Of a stretch of DNA of 64,000 nucleotides, positions 57,301 through 64,000 are shown piece after piece; position 1 is the first letter of the stretch; each line of letters opens with the position of its first letter. A program made the position numbers and the translations under genes. Source of the DNA: Yuukianura sp. NJ FZ-2021. Taxonomy: Eukaryota. The DNA is taken from positions 12,152,001-12,216,000 of the forward strand of contig CM102286.1 of the NCBI GenBank assembly GCA_046563655.1, written 5' to 3'. A model generated the notes under the pieces. It saw nothing but the letters and a program-made list of their open reading frames with translations. It made no database searches and was not told where the DNA came from.

Positions 57301-60300
57301 AAGTTTTTCTTGCTGAATATGCCTTTGATCAAAAATGTACTTGTTGAATCTCTTCCTTGAAAATTTGTTTTTGTTGTACCTGATTTTCCGGAAGTAGTTT
57401 TGGAAACTTTTGGAGTCGTTGTTGCTCTTTGTATAAAAAATTCTGAAAGTTTGTCTCCGAAGGATTCAAAGGAGCTTTGACTCTGCTTCATAACTTGAGC
57501 CACAAGTTCTTCAACTGTTGGAAATGAAGACCCTTAATTGAAAATTAGGTTGTAAGTATTGCATTTCCATAAAAATTTTAAAATTGAATTGGTCATTGTT
57601 CAACCTTGTTTGAACAAGTAAATTCTTTGTTTGAACAGTTAAATAAAGTTTTTACCTCCAGATGCAATTGCACGTCCCACTCTTTCTTGCAGAACGCGAT
57701 CAATTATGTGGTCCAAGGACGCTGGAAAATCAGCGTCATCTTCTTCATCTCCAACCGTTTCAGAATGGAAAACGCTTTGTTTCTGTTGATTTATCCACGT
57801 CCGTGAGTTTATTATGCTCTGGGCATCTCTTTGACATTGACCAAGTCCAGCGTCACAGTCAACTGGGTTGTTGTTAAGGTCAAAAAATTTGACCTTGCAT
57901 CCCCCGCATGGGTCAATTCCACAGGTAGCTTCTGGGTAAGCCATACAAATGCGGCCTTCACATAAAGATTTGCTGCAGACATGGACCGTTTGACCTTCAG
58001 AGCAAACTGAAAGCAAAAAGAACAAAGATTGCACAAGGTTCTGGTTATGATTTTCAGAAAATGTTAGCAGAATGTTTAAAAATCTGGTTAGTGCTAGAAT
58101 TTCTTAAGTGGGACATTTGAAGTTAGAAATAATTGTTTAGTCAAGTTGTGTTCAGCTGTCTGGCGGCTAGTAATTAGACATTTCTCACCTCCTTGGTCAT
58201 ACTTCGAAGGCGATCCGAGGAATTTACCGCGAGACTGTCTGAAAGTACATGATGTAGGTCTTCCAGAAGTGACTGTTCCAGGGACTCTTGTTCCGGATGG
58301 ATTGACACACCAGCACATATTGACCTCATCAATACATTGGACTTGTGACCACGATCCAGTGCTAGGGTCACACCGTGGAATGTAGCTGACACGGTGATTT
58401 TGAAGCACAAGCTCCATTTGACGCTCTCTGGCCAGTTCACAGTCGGTTAGACCTAAAGAGAAAGTCAGATGAAAGAGAAAGCACCTTGAAAATATTTTTC
58501 AAAACCAAAAAAAGAAAGGAAATGAGATTTTTTTTTTTAGGTAGAATGAATAATTTTGTGGAAATCGGTCCGAGTTGTGTCTGTGTGTGTGCGTGAATTT
58601 CTAAAAAGTTTTAACTCGGCGGCGTCGCAAAATTTTCTTTTTGCATAATTTTTTGTTTGCATTTTTTGCTAATTACTAATTTGCAGTTAGCTAATGACTT
58701 ACCAGTTTTGCGACTCATGGGAAAGTCTTCTAGGATGTTCCCACTTGATACATGTACAACTCCTATGTCACTTTCTCCTTTGAAACCTTGCCCCAGCGCA
58801 GACTCGTCTGCAATTTCTGTAGATGTAAATAAAAGTGAATTAGCAAAACAATTTCAGAAAAATGCATAGTACAATACAGACGGCAGATTGAACACCGAAG
58901 TTTTGAAAAGATTTTTGAAATTTTGAAGGTTGTGCTAGGTGTTTTCACGGTATAAAAAAATTGTAATTGTTATCAAAATCTAATGTGTGTCAAAAAAAAT
59001 TTACCAAAAATCGGGCAACACTGTCCAAAATCTTGGTGTTGGTCTAGTTCATGGCAGAAGTAGTCATCGGGGCACTGGAGCATTCTGGCTCTCGGTCGGC
59101 AGGTTAATGTTGAATTCATTTCATCATCAAAGTAAGGAGACCCGTTTGGGCAAGAGCCTTCCCGTGGAAATTGCTGTGAAATTGCAATCGCAGCGTAGAT
59201 TCGCGGAATACCTGAGAAATTTTTACAAATTTTAATGAAATTTTCAAATTGGAGTTATAACAATAGATCCTGTTAGTTGGTAAAGTTACAGTAAGGCACA
59301 GCGGGACAGTAGCCTTCCGAGCATTCGATATCCACCAATTCGCAGTAGTGGTTTTCATCACACAAATTGGTTTGTTCACAGGGGTTAACGCACTCGCAGA
59401 TACGACAGTTGTCTTTTGTTTTGTAACCGTAGTCACATCCTAGGCGACATGTCATGTCCAAACAAGATGGCAGTCGACGTTTCTCCAAACAAAAATCGGA
59501 GGTCAAGTTGCTCTCAGCTTTTGAAACCCTGAAATTATAAAAATGAAAGATGAGCTGGTAACTTATTTTTTTTCTTTTTAAATTGGTTTCAAAATTCAAA
59601 ATTTATCAAATGGCATTTTTGGTACCAACGGATTACAAATTCGGACGAACTTATACATGTTATTTTAATATCTTTTTTTTAAACTTTGAAATTTAAATTT
59701 TTAAAATATAAAACAAAAAAAATTTTTTAACACTTGCTTGACCTAAGTTTTTTTTACCACTTTCACTACATTTTCAAGCACTTTCCCCACGTCGTGCGAA
59801 AAAAAATTTCAGTAATTTTTTTTGAACTTTTTTGACATTTTTTTTAGGAAAGTCATGATGCAGATGATTTAGAATTGTAATTGAGCTTAAATTCATGATT
59901 ATAATAATCACCACTTTGGGAAGCAGAGATTGTTGTTATCATAACCTTAAATTTTATTCATCCAAAACGACTCACGATTGGGCTAAACTTTTAAAAATCT
60001 AAGAAAAAATCTTGTTACCTTGTCGATGCAATCTCCATTCCGAATTCATCTGCGCAGAAGCACGAGTCATCTGAACACTGGACTTCGTCAAACTCTCCTG
60101 AACTTTTGCATGTGGGCTTGCTCAGCGCCAGTTTGAAATTTTTCAGTACCTCACTTTGTTTGATTTCCACTGTTTCGAGGTACTGGCACACTGTGGGAAA
60201 ACGGAAATTGGTCACTTTCTAAGCATGATTTAGTCATCCCAAAGTTGGAGCAATTCAAGTGAAAGAATTTGTCAGTTAATAACACTTTACCGTAAAACGT

Positions 60301-63300
60301 CTTATAGAAGCCGGCACCCTGAGCATTTTTCGATTTAGCAACAACTCAACAAATTTGCCCAGATTTCCATTTATTTTTGCTTCTCCGCACAGGACTTTCA
60401 CTATAAGTCCCGGCTTGTATCAGAAGCTTTACCGTAACTTTTAGAGATTAGTATTTCTTACTTGTAGGTAATTTGTTACTTTCCGTCTGAGCATCGAGTA
60501 ACGGATCGGCACAAATAGCTCCACAGGCCATAGCACAACACTTCATGTCGCCCTCGCAGTCTTTGTCAGAGTGACAATGTCTACTTGTCTCCGATTCAGT
60601 ACCATTGCAAACCGACGGTGAGATGAAAGGACACATGCCGGCTTTGGTCGATTCTTCAAAAAATTCAAAATTTGGAAATTTTATTTTTGAGTTTCATCAA
60701 GTTCAAGTATGTTATGCCATTTACCACAACGTTCCCAAGGTCATTTCCAATTACCTATCACAGCAACGTTCCTTGACAACCACAAACAGTTTTAAAGTTA
60801 GTTGACTTACCGAGGCGTGGAACGTTGAGACAGCATAGGCCGTTCGTATTCACTGAAGCTTTGACGCAGACGTGAGAGCTAGGACACGTTGCGCCATTCT
60901 CTGAACAAACTACGAGCTGATTCGTAGAATGATCGAACAACGGCGGACCATTGTCACACGGATTCACATGCAAAACGTTTGGCAAACCTGGAAAAATATT
61001 TTGAAAAAACTTCTTAGAATTCTAAAATTTCCTGAACTTTTTAGAAATACGTGTAGGTTAGGTTAGTCTAATCCAGGAACATTTTGGTTTTGATGTAATT
61101 CTCATTACAAGTTGTTTGCAAAACGTTTTTTAAATCTAGCTCAACGTTTTCCGAAAATAAGTTTTGTGTTGTATATTTTTGTGTGATTTTGGGGTGTAAT
61201 TTCATTCCGTCGTCAAAAAAAAATTTATGTTTTTAAATTTTTGATTCTTTGTTACAGTTTTTTCCTCGTAATGGCTTCTAAGTTTTGCTTGAGGCTAAAT
61301 GACTGAATATGTCCGCTGCATTAAACGCTCATGCGCAAGCGGAAATTTTGGTAATAAGAAAGTACGAGTTCAATGCAAATAAAAACTTTAGCATTGAGAC
61401 AACTCACGTATGCTCAAGTTGTTTGTCATATTAAATCTTAATTAACTCGCATTGTTACAAAAAAATAAAGAGAAATTTTTCTATAGCAAAAAATAGCAAA
61501 TTAGGCTGCATATTTTTTAAACCAAGGCTCTTGGTCGTTCAAATGCCACTTTGATTTTCCGCGTCTGCGCATTGCATGTCTTACTTGAAGATAACGTGAC
61601 AGCCAAGTATGCAAACTTTCAAGGCGTAATTCAACACACCGTTTCGTTTTTGGTTCAGAAGAAACGATGAAAGTGAGAAAGTTATTTGTGCAAATTTGCA
61701 ACCTAATTGTGCATCCGCAAAAGCTTTTACTTTCGGTCGTCTAAACTTAATCTTGGCATCTTTGCCATATTTGGCACCACGGCTACAACTAAAAGAGCTG
61801 ATTTGCTAAAAAGCTTGTTTGCAATTTGCAAAAAAAGTGTTCTTACAACTCGGTTGAAGGTGACATTCTGTTGAATGCTGTTGACACTCCTGAGATGCGG
61901 CATAAGCACACTTTGTACCCACAGGACAGTTTAGACTTGCGCATGGGTCAACATTGCAGTCACACGTAGAACATCCGGCTTCATCCGCTTTGTATCCAAA
62001 TTCGCAAGTATTGGCACATAAGTTGATATCACACGGCTCTTGAGTAGCTTCACTGTACAAATCTGCAAATTTTTGCAAAAGTTAATTGTCATATTTTTTT
62101 GCACATGACCAGTGACACGTAGGACTTCAAGTGAGCCATTTTCAAAATTGTGGTATTAATTAACTATAACTTAATTAATTCCTGCCTTTACCGTGTTACT
62201 TGGTTCACATATATGTTGAGACATTGACATTTTCTCACCTCTGCGCGTAGCTAGCAGTGGAACGTTGGTGTTTGTGCAATTGACCAAGTTCGCTGGGGCC
62301 AAGGAGTGTGGGACGTTTCGACCGGCTGAATCGACACACCAACAGATTTTGCCATTCCGACTGCATTGTGTCGTCACAAAGTTGCCATTGGAGTCACATT
62401 GAGGCACGTAGCCCCGCCCTTCAATCTCTTTTGTCGAAAGTATCTCAGCAATTTTCTTTTGTTGCAGGCACACTACACAAAATTGTATTCAGAATTTTAA
62501 AATTTACTTGGTCATCTTCAACCAATTTGCAATTTCAGGTTAGGTTAGGTTAGGTTAACCTAACCTAACAACTCAACCAGGTTAGTATTAAAATCGTCCT
62601 TCATTTTCATGTAACTTGTGCACTGAAATTCCATTACGCGCCGAAAGCTTTAGAAGGTCAACCTAATATTGTAAGCATCAATTTGCTTTCTACAAAATTT
62701 ACCGAACCAAAAAATTAAAGGTAGAAAAAAATCAAGAATTCCGAAAAACAGAAAACGCGGATTAAAAAAATAACAAACTTTAGAATTTCCCGGCTTTCAA
62801 GTTTTCAAAACTTTCGGGAACTTTCGAAAAAAAAAATTAGATATTTTCTTTTTCCATTGTTAGTGTAGGCGGGATTGTAGTTTATGCATAAATCATTTTG
62901 ATGGTAAGATTATTTTGTTCAAACCTACATTTGGAATTGAAAAAGTTTCTAAAAAGTTACACCCCCATAACCCAATTTTGTTTTGCCAATTTGTGCATTA
63001 TTGCAAGTGGGAGAAATTGGATCCTTGAACTTACAAGTTGAGTTGAGTGGGTCTCCACATTGTTTTCCACGACTGTCTGTCATGCAGCACTTTTTCATTT
63101 CCGGGCATTCAAGATCATGCGCACACGAACTCTGGCATCCGCCGTCTTCCGAATCACATTCGGAAGTTGTCGTCGTGGTTACAGTCGGGCACAGGCCGGG
63201 TTTTTCAAAAAATGATTCCGAGCCACAACACACTCCGTAGTCATCTCCTGTCGGAAGTAGAATTGTTAGAGGTCAAAGGTCAATGAATTTCTATGAAAGT

Positions 63301-64000
63301 TCACTGTTTCCAATTACCTGAGTTAACATGACAGTTGAATCCAGGCGGACAAGTTGGTTTTCCTGGAGTGGATCCGCAGAGAAACGGATTTCCACTTTCT
63401 GGAATTGTAAATGGAGTGCCAATGGGACAGAGGCTGGCCAATGTCCGTGGTTTCTTGCCTGAAAATAAAAATTTGACATACTTAGTTTCTTCAAAATTTG
63501 AATTTTGGAAATTCGAAATGCATTTCATAACGGAAAAGTTGATTTTTTACATGTTGGGATGGGCGGACAAGGTTCAGTGGCACAAGAGACTTCTTGCAAT
63601 TGGCACTCGAGAGATCCGGGACACTTTACACCTTTGCAAATCTCTTTGCACAGACACATCTCGCATCCGTTGGAGTCCAATTCAAACCCATAGGGACACA
63701 GCATCCGACATTGAGGACCACTGCAGCGGTCATTACTCTCTACAAAATTCAAAATTTTGAATTTCAGAAAACGAGTTTTTTTTTCTTTTGAATTTTGAAA
63801 AACTAACTTGTGCAGTTAACTTCCTGTAGAGAGTTGGCACGGGTCCCGCCTTTCTCAAATCCGAATGCATCAACGCACCAGCATCTTCCGTTGCCATTGC
63901 ATTGAATTTCTTCAAAAGCCCCGCCTTCGCTACATTTTGGAACAGAAATGTCCAGAGCCTCTTCTGGACTGAGGAGCTTCACTTGGTTTTTGAAAAAGTA
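54374..64000 (-). CDS. Large type-I membrane mosaic protease-inhibitor protein (thyroglobulin type-1, antistasin, WAP, lustrin-like, 2 Kunitz, TM); CG5639-like architecture; 5'-partial, >1830 aa
   Basis: Exons 64000-63808, 63739-63551, 63458-63318, 63247-63035, 62472-62239, 62062-61847, 60987-60811, 60653-60462, 60190-60019, 59528-59290, 59211-59005, 58816-58703, 58452-58189, 58006-57656, 57532-57341, 57215-56963, 56833-56559, 56430-56271, 56154-55958, 55890-54374 are phase-consistent (5496 nt). QC..CWCVD (TY), CRMLCPYGFELDSNGCEMCLC (antistasin), KPGLCP...DLECPEMKKCC (WAP), GLCRASFPRHFYN...FFWGGCGGNDNNF (Kunitz), TM VVGIVLTVVAAITAVLIIIGLFLGL. Confidence 0.9.
56522..56547. promoter_or_regulatory. 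Intronic nuclear-receptor element: perfect IR1 AGGTCA-T-TGACCT (ecdysone-response type) plus DR5
   Basis: TAGGTCATGCCAAGGTCATTGACCTTG in intron 56558-56431. Confidence 0.5.
60290..60434. mobile_element. CCGT-TIR MITE family member (intronic, degenerate)
   Basis: TA|CCGTAAAACGTCTTATAGAAGCCGG ... CCGGCTTGTATCAGAAGCTTTACCG|TA. Confidence 0.6.
62538..62569. repeat. Short interstitial TTAGG/CCTAA inverted array
   Basis: GGTTAGGTTAGGTTAGGTT-AACCTAACCTAAC; perfect 26-bp palindrome at 62544-62569. Confidence 0.8.
63270..63289. promoter_or_regulatory. Intronic nuclear-receptor element: perfect DR1 AGGTCA-A-AGGTCA overlapping an imperfect IR1
   Basis: AGGTCAAAGGTCAATGAATT in the 70-nt intron 63317-63248. 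Confidence 0.45.

Noticed and set aside
57876..57897. AAGGTCA...TGACCTT inverted half-sites
   Set aside because: Lies in coding sequence with non-canonical spacing; explainable by codon content
62192..62238. Alternative donor ACG|GTAAAG at 62192 in the inhibitor gene
   Set aside because: Phase 0, incompatible with the next Cys-rich exon; the phase-1 donor at 62239 (G|GTGAGA) keeps the frame

Overview
AT-rich eukaryotic (arthropod, plausibly springtail - inference) genomic DNA with four spliced protein-coding genes reconstructed by hand from GT-AG splice sites and frame continuity. (1) The 3' part (TM3 to C-terminus, 6 exons, 190-24403, +) of a beta-adrenergic-like octopamine receptor most resembling Octbeta3R. 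(2) A complete SIK3-type salt-inducible kinase (18 coding exons, 48616-41020, -). (3) A secreted bacillopeptidase-F-like S8 subtilisin with one intron (50910-52463, +), a candidate horizontally acquired gene. (4) The 3' ~1830 codons (20 exons, >64000-54374, -) of a membrane-anchored mosaic protease-inhibitor protein (thyroglobulin-1, antistasin, WAP, lustrin, Kunitz). Non-coding DNA holds many non-autonomous transposons: a tandem pair of DINE-1/HINE-like Helentron derivatives with a compensatory hairpin change, a third HINE with a G/C-rich minisatellite and nuclear-receptor elements, a CCGT-TIR MITE family (one copy with a nested TTAA element), an hAT-like MITE, and a Tc1/mariner-type foldback whose centre expanded into ~67 copies of an 11-mer matching the metal-response-element core, lying between the convergent protease and inhibitor genes. 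No rRNA, tRNA or CRISPR was recognised. Family assignments come from motif recognition, not database searches.
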